From an uncultured Solibacteraceae bacterium (GTDB lineage Bacteria; Acidobacteriota; Terriglobia; Bryobacterales; Bryobacteraceae): DNA of 42,841 nucleotides. Shown here one piece after another: positions 33,052 to 42,822 of the stretch. The first letter of the stretch is position 1. Every line of letters starts with the position of its first letter. The notes under the pieces were generated by a model. The model ran no database searches. It was not told where the DNA came from and was given only the letters and a program-made list of their open reading frames with translations. Position numbers and translations under genes: made by a program. Where the stretch lies: contig CAZKVF010000035.1 of NCBI GenBank assembly GCA_964556085.1, forward strand, positions 1 through 42,841, read 5' to 3'.

Positions 33052-34398
33052 ATGCTGGTCCCGCGCCCGGGTCATCGAGCGTTTGGCGAGTCGGACGTTC
33101 CCCGATGGTTTAGCAATTCCAGGAAAATACAGTCTCTGGGACGCACGGGACGAGCCGCGACGCTGCTTTCCGGCCTGCTGATCGCCGCCGGTACGCTTGC
33201 CCAAACCCCCGCACCCCACACCAGCAACGTGAGCTTTTCGCGGCCGGCCAAAGCAGTCGTTTATGCCGCCGTCGGCGCTGAACTCACCCATTACGACCTG
33301 GACCTGGAAGGCGCAACGCTCAACAAGCGCGACTCGGTAATGCTTCCCGACAGCGTGCAATACGCCTGGCCTCATCCTTCGCGAAAGTACTTTTATGTTG
33401 CGTGGAGCAATGGGGCCGGCGCCAACCATCATGGGGTCAGCGCGTTCCGCATCGACTCCGCGTCTGGCTCGCTCATCCCTCTCGGACAACCAGTTTCGCT
33501 GCCGGCTCGCCCCATTCATCTGACCACTGACATACCGGGCACTCACGTGCTCATCGCTTTTAACGAGCCGAGCGGAGTGACAGTTCACCGCCTCGGGGCG
33601 GATGGAATGATTAGCTCGCAGGTGCAGCAGCCGGGGTCATTGGATACCGGAATCTACGCGCATCAGGTACGTGTCGATCCCTCGAATAAGATGGTTATTC
33701 TCGTGACGCGCGGTAATGGTCCGACGAGTAGTAAGGCGGAGGACCCCGGTGCACTGAAGGTCTTCAGCTACCAGGATGGGATCCTCACAAACCGCGCATC
33801 CATTGCCCCCGGCGGCGGCTTCGGCTTTCAGCCGCGCCACCTGGACTTCCTGGGGAAGTGGGTCTTCGTGTCCCTCGAGCGGCAGAACAAGCTTCAGGTC
33901 TATAGGAAGCTTGACGACGGCACTCTAACCCGCGAGCCCGTCTTTATCAGGGATAGCGTTACCGATCCGGCAAACATTCACCGAGGCCAGGCTGCCGGCA
34001 CCGTTCACGTACACCCTAATGGAAAATTCCTGTATCAGGCCAATCGCGCTGGCGGGACCATTGATTTTGAGGGCAAGGCGGTCTTCGCCGGCGGTGAAAA
34101 CGCGATTGCGGTCTATGCCATTGATCAGAGCACTGGCGAGCCCATGTTGATCCAGAACGAGGACACCCACGGCTCGACGCCGCGGACGTTCGCTCTCGAC
34201 TCGACCGGCAGAATCCTGGTCGCGGCTAACCAGAATGCGATGCTTGTTCGCGAGGGCCAACAGGTGCGTGTGATTCCGGCCGGCCTCTCGGTGTTCCGCG
34301 TCCGCGGTGATGGCAAGCTCGATTTCATGCACAAATACGACGTGGCCACCGACGGTGCAAAGAACCTGTTCTGGATGGGTGTTGTCTCACTGCCTTGA
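33052..34398 (+). CDS. Exported 7-bladed beta-propeller lactonase family protein
   Basis: GGAG lies 9 nt upstream of the ATG. Repeated blade patterns (HLTTDIPGTHVLIA, VRVDPSNKMVILV, VHVHPNGKFLYQANR, FALDSTGRILVAANQ). Confidence 0.75.
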   Translation: MLVPRPGHRAFGESDVPRWFSNSRKIQSLGRTGRAATLLSGLLIAAGTLAQTPAPHTSNVSFSRPAKAVVYAAVGAELTHYDLDLEGATLNKRDSVMLPDSVQYAWPHPSRKYFYVAWSNGAGANHHGVSAFRIDSASGSLIPLGQPVSLPARPIHLTTDIPGTHVLIAFNEPSGVTVHRLGADGMISSQVQQPGSLDTGIYAHQVRVDPSNKMVILVTRGNGPTSSKAEDPGALKVFSYQDGILTNRASIAPGGGFGFQPRHLDFLGKWVFVSLERQNKLQVYRKLDDGTLTREPVFIRDSVTDPANIHRGQAAGTVHVHPNGKFLYQANRAGGTIDFEGKAVFAGGENAIAVYAIDQSTGEPMLIQNEDTHGSTPRTFALDSTGRILVAANQNAMLVREGQQVRVIPAGLSVFRVRGDGKLDFMHKYDVATDGAKNLFWMGVVSLP

Positions 34399-34409
34399 AG
34401 GATGCCGAT

Positions 34410-35318
34410 ATGCCTTACGCCCTTACCGACGATGGGGTCCGCCTGTTTTTCGAGGAGACGGGATCCGGCAGGCCGATAATCTTCGTGCACGAGTTCGCAG
34501 GCGATCTTCGCAGCTGGGAGCCGCAGTTGCGGCATTTCGGCCGGCGTTATCGCGCGATTGCGTTCAACGCTCGAGGTTATCCGCCATCGGACGTGCCGGA
34601 AAGCCCCGCGTCCTATTCACAAACCCGCGCCGCGGACGATATCAAAGCGGTTCTTGATCACCTTGGTCTCGATCAGGCGCATATCGTCGGCCTCTCGATG
34701 GGCGCCTTCGCCAGTCTCCACTTTGGATTCCGCCACACTCAGCGGGCGTCGTCGCTTTGTATTGCCGGATGCGGCTACGGAGCCGAGCTCGCGGAGCGGG
34801 CGCGTTTCCGCGCCGAAGCGGAGGCCATTGCCGCCTTGCTAAAAGCGGAAGGCATGCCGGCTTTTGCGGAGAAGTACGCATACGGACCTACGCGCGTGCA
34901 GTTCGAAAACAGGGACCCGCGCGGCTTCGCCGAGTTCAAGCGTATGCTGGCGGAGCATTCGAACCCGGGGTCCGCGAATACACAGCTCGGCGTGCAGCGC
35001 GAGCGCCCCTCCCTGTACGACCTGGCCGAAGAGATGAAGCGTCTGACCCTGCCTGCACTCATTCTCTCGGGCGACGAGGACTGGCCGTGCCTCCAACCCG
35101 GGATTCTGATGAAGCGACACATTGCTTCGGCCGCCTTTGTGGTCATGGCGAACTGCGGCCACACCATCAATCTCGAAGCGCCCGACGAGTTCAATCGCAT
35201 CCTGGCAGACTTCCTCGCTCAGGTCGATGCAGGCCGCTGGCCCGCCCGTGACCCTCGCGCCGTCAGTGATTCCATCACGGGAGTTGGTCCGGCTGTGGGT
35301 TTAGCGGCAAAGGGCTAG
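34410..35318 (+). CDS. Alpha/beta hydrolase
   Basis: IIFVHEFAGD, VGLSMGAF (GxSxG) and NCGH motifs. Start at MPYALT (ATG 34410). Confidence 0.85.
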   Translation: MPYALTDDGVRLFFEETGSGRPIIFVHEFAGDLRSWEPQLRHFGRRYRAIAFNARGYPPSDVPESPASYSQTRAADDIKAVLDHLGLDQAHIVGLSMGAFASLHFGFRHTQRASSLCIAGCGYGAELAERARFRAEAEAIAALLKAEGMPAFAEKYAYGPTRVQFENRDPRGFAEFKRMLAEHSNPGSANTQLGVQRERPSLYDLAEEMKRLTLPALILSGDEDWPCLQPGILMKRHIASAAFVVMANCGHTINLEAPDEFNRILADFLAQVDAGRWPARDPRAVSDSITGVGPAVGLAAKG

Positions 35319-35341
35319 CCGTAAGCTTTAGGTGTCCCGGG

Positions 35342-35361
35342 ATAACGCGGGGGAGCGTTAT
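35342..35361. terminator. Hairpin between convergent genes (ATAACGC-ggggga-GCGTTAT)
   Basis: 7-bp stem, 24 nt after the TAG at 35316-35318, followed by TTGTTGG. Confidence 0.35.
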
Positions 35362-35390
35362 TGTTGGCAGCGACGGCCTCAGTTCCGCCC

Positions 35391-36737
35391 TTATAATCCC
35401 GGTGTCCGTCCGACAGCTTGTTCGAGTTCCGCCCAAGCCAGCAGGTATCCCAGGTTGGCCTGGAGCCAGTCTGCCTGCGCTTTATACGCTGCGGCCGTAG
35501 CCTGGCTCCGATCGGACACCAATACCGCGCCCTGAGCAAACTGGTTCTTGGCCAGTCGCTCACCTTCCTGGCGTAGTTTTACGACCTCGTCTGCCACCTG
35601 AACCATATGCCTGGTCCGCTGCAGTTTGTTGTAACTCTTTTCAATGCCGACGGCTATCTCGTCCTTCAGGCGGCGGAGGTTTTCTTCGGCTTCCGCCAGT
35701 TCGGTTTCGCGTTCGCGGACAGCCGCGCGGCGCTTGCCAAAGTCGAATACGTCCCAATCGAGATGGATCCCGAACGTGCCGAAGTTTCGAGCCAGGAATG
35801 CTACGCCGTCCTGGTAGCTATGGCGTGCATAGGCGGTGATGTCGGGGATGTAAGCTGACTTTGCGGCGGTGACACTCGCCTCAGACTTGCGAACTGCCTC
35901 CTCCGCTGCCAGGATTTCCGGGTTTTCCGACCATGCGGTCTGAACGTACTCATCGCGAGGACGCAGGTCAAACGTGGACGGCACCGCGGGATCCAGTTCC
36001 AGTTGTGTATCGAGTGGCAGTCCCAACAGATCGTTGAGTTCTGTTGTGAGGTCGGAGAGCTGGATCTCGGCGGTCAGCACGGATTGCTGACTTTCGAGCA
36101 AGCCGGCGCGGCCCTGTATAACAGCAACCTGCAGGGCGCTGCCATCCCGCAGCTCGTTTTCGCTTTCCCTTAGGTTCTCGGCGGCGTACCCGCCCTGCTG
36201 TTCGGCCGCCCGCTTTTGGAGAGCTGTGATCAGTATCCCGAAGTAGAGCTCGTGCACTTTGAGAGCTACCCGGTTTTCGGCCTTCTTTAGGTCGTCCCGC
36301 GAGGCAGCTACTTCAGCCGCTGCCATCCGGTTGGCCGCATGAATGCGGATTAACTGCGTGAGTGGCTGGGATAGCTGCGTGCCACTGGAGAAAAACGTCA
36401 GCTCACCCTGGCCGATAGCGACGCCTTGTGGCGGAATGAGCGCTTCTCCCACGGTCCCGAACGACCCAGCGGGGATCACGATTTGCTGTAGCTCCGTAAT
36501 GTGCAGGGCGTTCGACTGATTCGTCAAAAGGGGGAAATAACCAGAACGCTCTCCCGCCTTCTTCTGGTCGTTCTCGGCTACTTTCAGGCGCGCGATCTTC
36601 AGTTCGCGATTCTGGTTAATTGCGAGATGGACAGCTTCCGTTAGCGTGAGGCGGCGGATGCCGGCGGCGTACTGAGGAGCCGCCAGAGAGACAGCCAGTG
36701 CCATAATCAGGATTCGATACAAGCATGGTTGGTTCAT
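35391..36737 (-). CDS. TolC-family outer membrane efflux protein
   Basis: Signal peptide. Two-fold coiled-coil/beta repeat sequence typical of OMF proteins. ATG 36737 overlaps the MFS stop (ATGA). Confidence 0.85.
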   Translation of the reverse strand: MNQPCLYRILIMALAVSLAAPQYAAGIRRLTLTEAVHLAINQNRELKIARLKVAENDQKKAGERSGYFPLLTNQSNALHITELQQIVIPAGSFGTVGEALIPPQGVAIGQGELTFFSSGTQLSQPLTQLIRIHAANRMAAAEVAASRDDLKKAENRVALKVHELYFGILITALQKRAAEQQGGYAAENLRESENELRDGSALQVAVIQGRAGLLESQQSVLTAEIQLSDLTTELNDLLGLPLDTQLELDPAVPSTFDLRPRDEYVQTAWSENPEILAAEEAVRKSEASVTAAKSAYIPDITAYARHSYQDGVAFLARNFGTFGIHLDWDVFDFGKRRAAVRERETELAEAEENLRRLKDEIAVGIEKSYNKLQRTRHMVQVADEVVKLRQEGERLAKNQFAQGAVLVSDRSQATAAAYKAQADWLQANLGYLLAWAELEQAVGRTPGL

Positions 36738-38296
36738 TGCATGTTCCTCAGATCCTTGTAGCTGAGCCTGCCGGGCCGCAGGAGCAGCATCAGCAGCAGA
36801 TAAGCGACCGCGATCCAACAAATCAGAATGAATCCGTCAGCTATGGCCAGGGTGTATGCCTGCGCCCGCACTTGCTGGGTCAGAATATCGAGCGATCGTT
36901 TCTGTGCCTCCCCTGACCCCGTGGACTTTGGAAACAGACCTGCGGTCAAAATCTTCAACCGTTCGGCAGTGAGCCAACTTCCGGCTTGCACATGTAGTCC
37001 CAACAAGTTGGAATGAAACCGTTCGCGCACCGTGATTACACGCGTCATGGCAGCTACTCCGACCTGGCCGCCGAAAATGCGGATGAAGTGCATGAATCCG
37101 GAAAACGTCGCGGCTTTGGTGGCGCTAGTCAAAGCACCCGCCTCGAGTCCTTCCAAGACGATACTGCTCACCAGGCCGATGTACGTGCATGCTAAACCGA
37201 CGGCGAGGAGAAGCTCCACCATACTGAAGCTGGTTCCAGCCCATGTACTATCGAGGTGCGCGCATATCCACGAGCCCACCGCGACTATGGTGAGGCCCAG
37301 CGCCAAAATCAGACGCGAGGTCGTATGGATCACGATTACCGCGACGAGCCAAACTACCGCAAACATCGGCAGGGCGACCCAGGCAAGCGCATGGCCGGTT
37401 TGCAGTGCCCGGTACCTTTGAATGTTGCCCAGGAATCCAGGGACGAGGACGATGGTGCCCAGGTGCACGAACTTAAACACGAAGATGGATAGAGCCAGGA
37501 TGATGATGTTCCGCTGGTTGAGGAAGGAAAGATCTAATGTTGGGTTCGGGTCCCGGATTCGTCTGATCAATGCCGCCCCCACCAGGAAAATTCCTGCGGC
37601 AAACATCGCGACGATGACACCGGAGTTCAGCCAGTCCAGACGGTCGCCTTGATCGAGGGCCCCGTAAAGAAGGCTGAAGCCGAGACTGAAGTAGGCAAAT
37701 CCACGCCAATTCGGACGCGCACTCACCGAAGGGTGCCGCGGAATTCCGAAATAGATGCAGATCATCATCAATGGGGTAAAGACCGCAGCATTCCAGAAAA
37801 TCCAGCGCCAGGAGAGGTTTTCGGCATACCACCCTTGAATCGCGGATGCGAAGTTACTGACGAAAACAATGTCCGCCGCATAGGCAGCAATCCCGAAGAT
37901 GATCAATGGTTTCGGAAGGGCGGTCAACACGAAGGTCAGGGTGAGAGAGTAGAACGTACCTGAGGCCATGCCTGCGATCACCACGAGCGCCAACATCACC
38001 CAAAATTCCGGGGCCAGGGGGAGCAATGCGGACGCAACGGTGAATATCGCTGCCGCGGGCAGTAGAAGCCTGCGCGGGCCGTACAAGGCACTCAGAAAGA
38101 CCACAAAGACGCCGCTGAACATCATTGCCATGTTGAGTGCCGTGGGAATCCAGGAGGCCTCGTCGAAACCCAGGCCAAGCGCACCGCGGAGGTCGGGTAG
38201 GCCGATACTGAGCAAGCGGGCGTTGAGCGTAGCAATTCCAGCGCCTAGAAAGACTCCCGCAATTCCCACGTATGGGTTGGTATCTGAGGAGCTCAC
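36734..38296 (-). CDS. MFS drug:H+ antiporter, DHA2/EmrB-type (14-TM class)
   Basis: ~520 aa, many TM segments. The GTG start overlaps the HlyD stop (GTGA). Confidence 0.85.
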   Translation of the reverse strand: MSSSDTNPYVGIAGVFLGAGIATLNARLLSIGLPDLRGALGLGFDEASWIPTALNMAMMFSGVFVVFLSALYGPRRLLLPAAAIFTVASALLPLAPEFWVMLALVVIAGMASGTFYSLTLTFVLTALPKPLIIFGIAAYAADIVFVSNFASAIQGWYAENLSWRWIFWNAAVFTPLMMICIYFGIPRHPSVSARPNWRGFAYFSLGFSLLYGALDQGDRLDWLNSGVIVAMFAAGIFLVGAALIRRIRDPNPTLDLSFLNQRNIIILALSIFVFKFVHLGTIVLVPGFLGNIQRYRALQTGHALAWVALPMFAVVWLVAVIVIHTTSRLILALGLTIVAVGSWICAHLDSTWAGTSFSMVELLLAVGLACTYIGLVSSIVLEGLEAGALTSATKAATFSGFMHFIRIFGGQVGVAAMTRVITVRERFHSNLLGLHVQAGSWLTAERLKILTAGLFPKSTGSGEAQKRSLDILTQQVRAQAYTLAIADGFILICWIAVAYLLLMLLLRPGRLSYKDLRNMQ

Positions 38297-39579
38297 CTTG
38301 GGAATCTTTCTGAATGGGCCGCGCCATTTGTGTGGACGGTGGCGATCACGGACAGTCCAGGGCGGAGTCTCTCGCAGCCCGCCTGGCCGGGATCCAGCAC
38401 GATTTTCACAGGTATCCGCTGCACGATTTTGGTAAAGTTGCCGGTCGCATTGTCCGGGGGCAATAATGCGAACTGCGAGCCGCTGGCGGGAGCCACGTAA
38501 TTTACTTTCCCGTTGAAGGTCATTCCGGGAAATGCGTCCACACGGATTTCAGCCCGGTCGCCCGAATGCATGTTGCGGACCTGGGTTTCTTTATAATTAG
38601 CCTCGATCCAAACGTCGCTTTGTACGAGCGAAATTACCTGAGTGCCCGGACTGACCAGTTGGCCCGGGAGCACCTTGCGTTCGCTAACGATCCCTTTTTC
38701 TGGCGCTGTGATTCGCGTATAACCCAGATTGATCCGGGCCAATGTAAGCGCAGCTCTCTTGGAACGCAAATCGGCGCGAAGCAGCAGTTCCTGAGAGTCC
38801 AGCACGGCACGCTCGCGTTTCTGAGCTTCGAGCTCAGCCTGCGCGCTACCTAAGTGAGCGCGCGCCCGATCCAGGTCGGCCTTTCGGCTGGCCAATTGCG
38901 CCATCGCCGTATTCAGGTCGTCCTGGCGGCCGGCTAGCTGTGCGCGAAAGCGCTGCATCTCGGCGACTACCTGCTCTACTTTCTGCCGGGTTGCGGACTC
39001 GCTCGCGATCAGCGCCTTCTGCCGCTTCTCTTCAAGAGTAGTGCGCTCTACTTCTGCTTTGGCAGCGTCGATTCCGCTGCGCGCATTGGCAATGGCCGAG
39101 TTGGCCGCCTCAATTCCGGCTTGCGCCGCGGCGATATCGGCCTCCGCCGCATGAATGCCATCCTGCGCTTGAACGATGTGGGCGTCCTGCAACCCTTTCT
39201 GCCGCTGATTGTGGATCAGGGCATCTTCGCCGGAGGACACAGCCGCTTCGGCCTGCTCCACCTGCGCGCGGAAATCGTCATCCCGCAACGCGACGAGCAA
39301 ATCTCCCGCCTGTACCGGCTGGTAATCAGCAACTGGCACCGTTGCCACCAGGCCCGCTACTTTCGTGCTGAGAGGAGTGAGATCCGCTCTAACGTACGCG
39401 TCGTCAGTCTTCTGCGATACGCTCTCACTCACCCAGCCATTCCAGTTTCCCGTGATCAGAACTACAATTCCGGCCGCCAGAAGCACAATAATCGCGGGGA
39501 CAACCCACCTCTCGAAGCGCCGCGCCGGCACAGGCTTGGTAGGGGCATCCGTCGAATCGGGCAAAGTTTTTGGCACCAC
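38293..39579 (-). CDS. HlyD/EmrA-type membrane fusion protein
   Basis: Single N-terminal TM, TDDAYVRAD, a long coiled coil and a C-terminal beta-barrel region. There is no ATG in the 5' region. GTG 39579 is chosen; TTG 39645, GTG 39576 and GTG 39531 are alternatives. Confidence 0.8.
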   Translation of the reverse strand: MVPKTLPDSTDAPTKPVPARRFERWVVPAIIVLLAAGIVVLITGNWNGWVSESVSQKTDDAYVRADLTPLSTKVAGLVATVPVADYQPVQAGDLLVALRDDDFRAQVEQAEAAVSSGEDALIHNQRQKGLQDAHIVQAQDGIHAAEADIAAAQAGIEAANSAIANARSGIDAAKAEVERTTLEEKRQKALIASESATRQKVEQVVAEMQRFRAQLAGRQDDLNTAMAQLASRKADLDRARAHLGSAQAELEAQKRERAVLDSQELLLRADLRSKRAALTLARINLGYTRITAPEKGIVSERKVLPGQLVSPGTQVISLVQSDVWIEANYKETQVRNMHSGDRAEIRVDAFPGMTFNGKVNYVAPASGSQFALLPPDNATGNFTKIVQRIPVKIVLDPGQAGCERLRPGLSVIATVHTNGAAHSERFPR

Positions 39580-39765
39580 TCCACCAATTCCGGCGGATGC
39601 AGCCCGGCTGAGGCTTGATAGCAAATATTTGCAGGAAACCCTCAAAAAAGAATCCCGTTTTGCGGCGCCTCATCAAACTGTTGTTGGTGGGCACTCACGT
39701 CGCATCGGCGCAGGCACTTCGGGCGGTGACAGTATGGCAAGCGAAGTTCGCGAGGTTGATTTGCG

Positions 39766-41271
39766 TCAACTCTTCACGGTTAGCTCAATGAGTTTGGCGG
39801 CCCGGCTTTGCTGGTCGAGGTCGCGGCAGGTCGAGATGATCTCCTCGTACTGCTGCGGCGGGACCGGGATGCCTGAGACGATGGCGCGAATCCGCCGCGC
39901 CTCCTCATTGAAGTCCCAGATGAATTCGCGTCCGGTGGCTTGCTTCGTGTAGCTCTTGCCGTCCTTTGTGAAGATGGTGATGCGCGGGCCAAAAAGCGTC
40001 ATCTCGTGCGAAGGGATGATCGTGACCCGCTTCATCAGTTCCAGCACCTCGGGCGGATCGTCTTTAAAGGGCAACATGGGAAAGCCGCGTCGGACAACGC
40101 CGTACGCCGCGTAATAGCGCGTGCTGCCGCGAGCCGGCTCTCCGATGTCTTCGCGCAAGCTCGGAAATGCGGGACTGGGATATTGAGTTTCGAGCCAGTT
40201 TACGACAGCCTCGACGCGATCAACGTCTTGATAGCGGATATTATGCTCCTCGCACAGCTTGGCCGTGACATCAATATGCGCGATGTTGTAGCCGGAGATT
40301 GAATAAATGCGGTAAAGCGTCTCCAGGAACATCCAGTCCTTGCCGAGATTGGCCGTGACGCTGTCCAGCCGGGCCTGTCTCGCGCCGGTAAAGCTGTAGG
40401 TAAGGCGGCCCTGGTTGTTGCCGGCATAAGCGTAATAAAAACCGGCGTTGCCTTCCAGAGCCGTCTCGCCGCCGCGGTGACCCATCTTGGCCATGGCAAC
40501 GGCCAGCATCGCATTGCGCGCCGCGCCGCCTTCGCGCAGCCCACCGCTTTCGACATTGCCTCCGGCCAGATTAACTGAGATCCCGATCGCGTTGTTCAAC
40601 TGGTCCTCGTTAAGGTGCATCACCTTGGCGGCGGCGACCGCGGCGCCAAATATTCCGAACACGGGGCCTGCATGAAACCCGCGCGCCATTACCGTCGGAA
40701 TGAACTCGGCGGCCATGCGCTCCATCACTTCGTAGCCCGCTGCGAGGCCCGTGATGAAGTCTTTCCCAGAGGCGCCATTCGCTTCCGAGGCGGCCAAAGC
40801 CGACGTTACGATACATGTGCCGGGATGCGTCAGCATGCGAAAGGTATCCCACTTGCCCCCGGCCAGGGCCATCTCGGCGTTAGCATAGGCTGCCCCGCCC
40901 CGGGTAGCCTTGCCTCCGTTGACCATGATGGTGGCGCCATTGCGCACGCCAGCTTCTTCTTCACTCATGAGCGTGATAGCTTCCCGTCCGGCCGGCGTCT
41001 GGTAGCCCAGGAGCACGGATGAGATCGCCTGGAGCGTGACTCCCTTGGCGCGATCGACCACGGCTGGAGGAAGATCCTCGTAGCGCAGGCCGGCGGCCCA
41101 GCGCGCGAACTGGCGGCTTAGAGAGGGACCGGATTTGTTGCTGTCCTGCCGTCGGGCCGGGACGCCGGGATAGGTTTCCTGGGCAAAAGCCGGAAGAGTT
41201 GACCCGGCGATAGCGGCCAAAGCGGACTGGCGAAGAAAAGCCCGGCGTAACGACTTATGCTCGTGAGACAA
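39766..41271 (-). CDS. MmgE/PrpD family protein with a twin-arginine signal peptide
   Basis: TTG start with AGGAGG 5 nt upstream. Leader SLRRAFLRQSALAAIAGSTLPAFAQ. PrpD-type body (~470 aa). Confidence 0.8.
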   Translation of the reverse strand: MSHEHKSLRRAFLRQSALAAIAGSTLPAFAQETYPGVPARRQDSNKSGPSLSRQFARWAAGLRYEDLPPAVVDRAKGVTLQAISSVLLGYQTPAGREAITLMSEEEAGVRNGATIMVNGGKATRGGAAYANAEMALAGGKWDTFRMLTHPGTCIVTSALAASEANGASGKDFITGLAAGYEVMERMAAEFIPTVMARGFHAGPVFGIFGAAVAAAKVMHLNEDQLNNAIGISVNLAGGNVESGGLREGGAARNAMLAVAMAKMGHRGGETALEGNAGFYYAYAGNNQGRLTYSFTGARQARLDSVTANLGKDWMFLETLYRIYSISGYNIAHIDVTAKLCEEHNIRYQDVDRVEAVVNWLETQYPSPAFPSLREDIGEPARGSTRYYAAYGVVRRGFPMLPFKDDPPEVLELMKRVTIIPSHEMTLFGPRITIFTKDGKSYTKQATGREFIWDFNEEARRIRAIVSGIPVPPQQYEEIISTCRDLDQQSRAAKLIELTVKS

Positions 41272-41352
41272 GTTAACCTCCTGGGGCCCATGGCAGGCGA
41301 CCAGACCGCCTGCTCACCACCAGTGGTATTGTATAGCCTCGAAGGAGGAACC

Positions 41353-42798
41353 ATGCGGAATCTAAGCGGCGCATGCGTTGCGTTCCTGCTATTTGCCGGC
41401 ATCGGTGGCGCGCAAGTCCCTTCGACCGGCCTGAATCCTGCCATCGAACGGATCGTGCAGTCGGTCTCCGAGCAGAGAATCCGTTCCATTCTCGAAAAGC
41501 TGGAGAGCTTCGGCACGCGGCACGTCATGTCGGCACAGGACGACCCGGCGCACGGGATCGGCGCCGCCATGCGATGGATTCATGGCGAATTTCAGAGTTA
41601 CAGCCCGCGGCTCCAGGTCAATTATCAGGCGTTCCATGTAAAAAAGGCGGGCGCCTATGCCAGTGATGCCGATCTCGCCAATGTCATCGCCGTTCTGCCG
41701 GGCACAACCGACCCGGAGACTTCCGTGTTGGTCAGTGCGCATTACGACTCGGTAAATCTGACGCGCCGCCCGGCCGGGACCGAGGCGGAGCGCGTGGCCA
41801 AACTCGTTCACAACGGCATGGAGGAGAACGAAGCCCGCCGCTACCTGCAATTCTTCCCGTCGGGCGAAGGGGAGATCGACGCCGAAGGCACGGCCGCACA
41901 GGTTCATGCGGCGGGCGTAGCCGACGATGGCAGTGGAACGGCGGTGGTTCTGGAACTGGCTCGCATCATGAGCCAGTACCGCTTCGATAAGACGCTGGTG
42001 TTCATCGCGTTCTCGGCCGAAGAAGGCGCGCATGCCGGAAGCAAAGCTTATGTCTCCGACGCGAAAAAGGCTGGCCGGAAGATCGAGGCGGTATTGAATA
42101 ACGATATCGTTGGGACGGACGTTTCCGGCAACGGGCGCTCCTTCACCGATGTGCTGCGAATTTATGGGGCCGGTCCGGAGGACTCTGGCGCGCGGGCACT
42201 GATGCGGTATGCCAAGGAGGTTTCCGAGCGCTACGTGCCCTCCATGCGCCTGGAGCTGGTCTTCCGGCTGGATCGGTTCAATCGCGGCGGGGATCACATG
42301 AGCTTCGTGGATGCCGGTTATCCGGCTGTTCGATTCACGTCGGCCAGCGAGAATTTCGCGAATCAGCATAGCGCGACCGACACCCTGGCCAATTCGTCGG
42401 TGCCTTACACTACGCGCGTGGCGCGGATGAATGCGGCGGTTGCAGCAAGCCTGGCCTCGGCGCCAGCGCCGCCGGTGGTGGATTGGGTCTTCCAGAGCGG
42501 CACGCGAAAAGGGGAGCGTATTCCAATGCTGACGCGGGGAACTTCCGGATACGACGCCGTCCTGCGCTGGCAAAGTAGCACCGCTCCGGATCTGGCCGGG
42601 TACGCGGTCGTCATGCGGCCGACTACTTCGCCCACGTGGGAGAAGGAGATCTGGGTCGGCAATGTGACCAGCTACACACTGTCTGATGTGTCGATAGATA
42701 ATGTCGTCCTCGGCGTCAAGGCGATTGATCGGGACGGAAACGCGAGCCTGGTATCGGCGTATCAGGAACCGCCGTACCGCGGGGCTGCAGCACAGTAG
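41353..42798 (+). CDS. Exported M28-family metallopeptidase with a C-terminal FN3-like domain
   Basis: AGGAGG precedes ATG 41353. Signal peptide. SAHYDS, ADDGSGTAVVLE, FSAEEG and GGDHMSF metal-ligand motifs. Confidence 0.85.
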   Translation: MRNLSGACVAFLLFAGIGGAQVPSTGLNPAIERIVQSVSEQRIRSILEKLESFGTRHVMSAQDDPAHGIGAAMRWIHGEFQSYSPRLQVNYQAFHVKKAGAYASDADLANVIAVLPGTTDPETSVLVSAHYDSVNLTRRPAGTEAERVAKLVHNGMEENEARRYLQFFPSGEGEIDAEGTAAQVHAAGVADDGSGTAVVLELARIMSQYRFDKTLVFIAFSAEEGAHAGSKAYVSDAKKAGRKIEAVLNNDIVGTDVSGNGRSFTDVLRIYGAGPEDSGARALMRYAKEVSERYVPSMRLELVFRLDRFNRGGDHMSFVDAGYPAVRFTSASENFANQHSATDTLANSSVPYTTRVARMNAAVAASLASAPAPPVVDWVFQSGTRKGERIPMLTRGTSGYDAVLRWQSSTAPDLAGYAVVMRPTTSPTWEKEIWVGNVTSYTLSDVSIDNVVLGVKAIDRDGNASLVSAYQEPPYRGAAAQ

Positions 42799-42822
42799 GA
42801 TGATGGGTGGCTTGGAGCAAAG

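Noticed and set aside
41389-42573. 394-aa minus-strand ORF
   Set aside because: It is antisense to the M28 peptidase, which has all metal-ligand motifs. The translation is Arg/His/Gly-rich.
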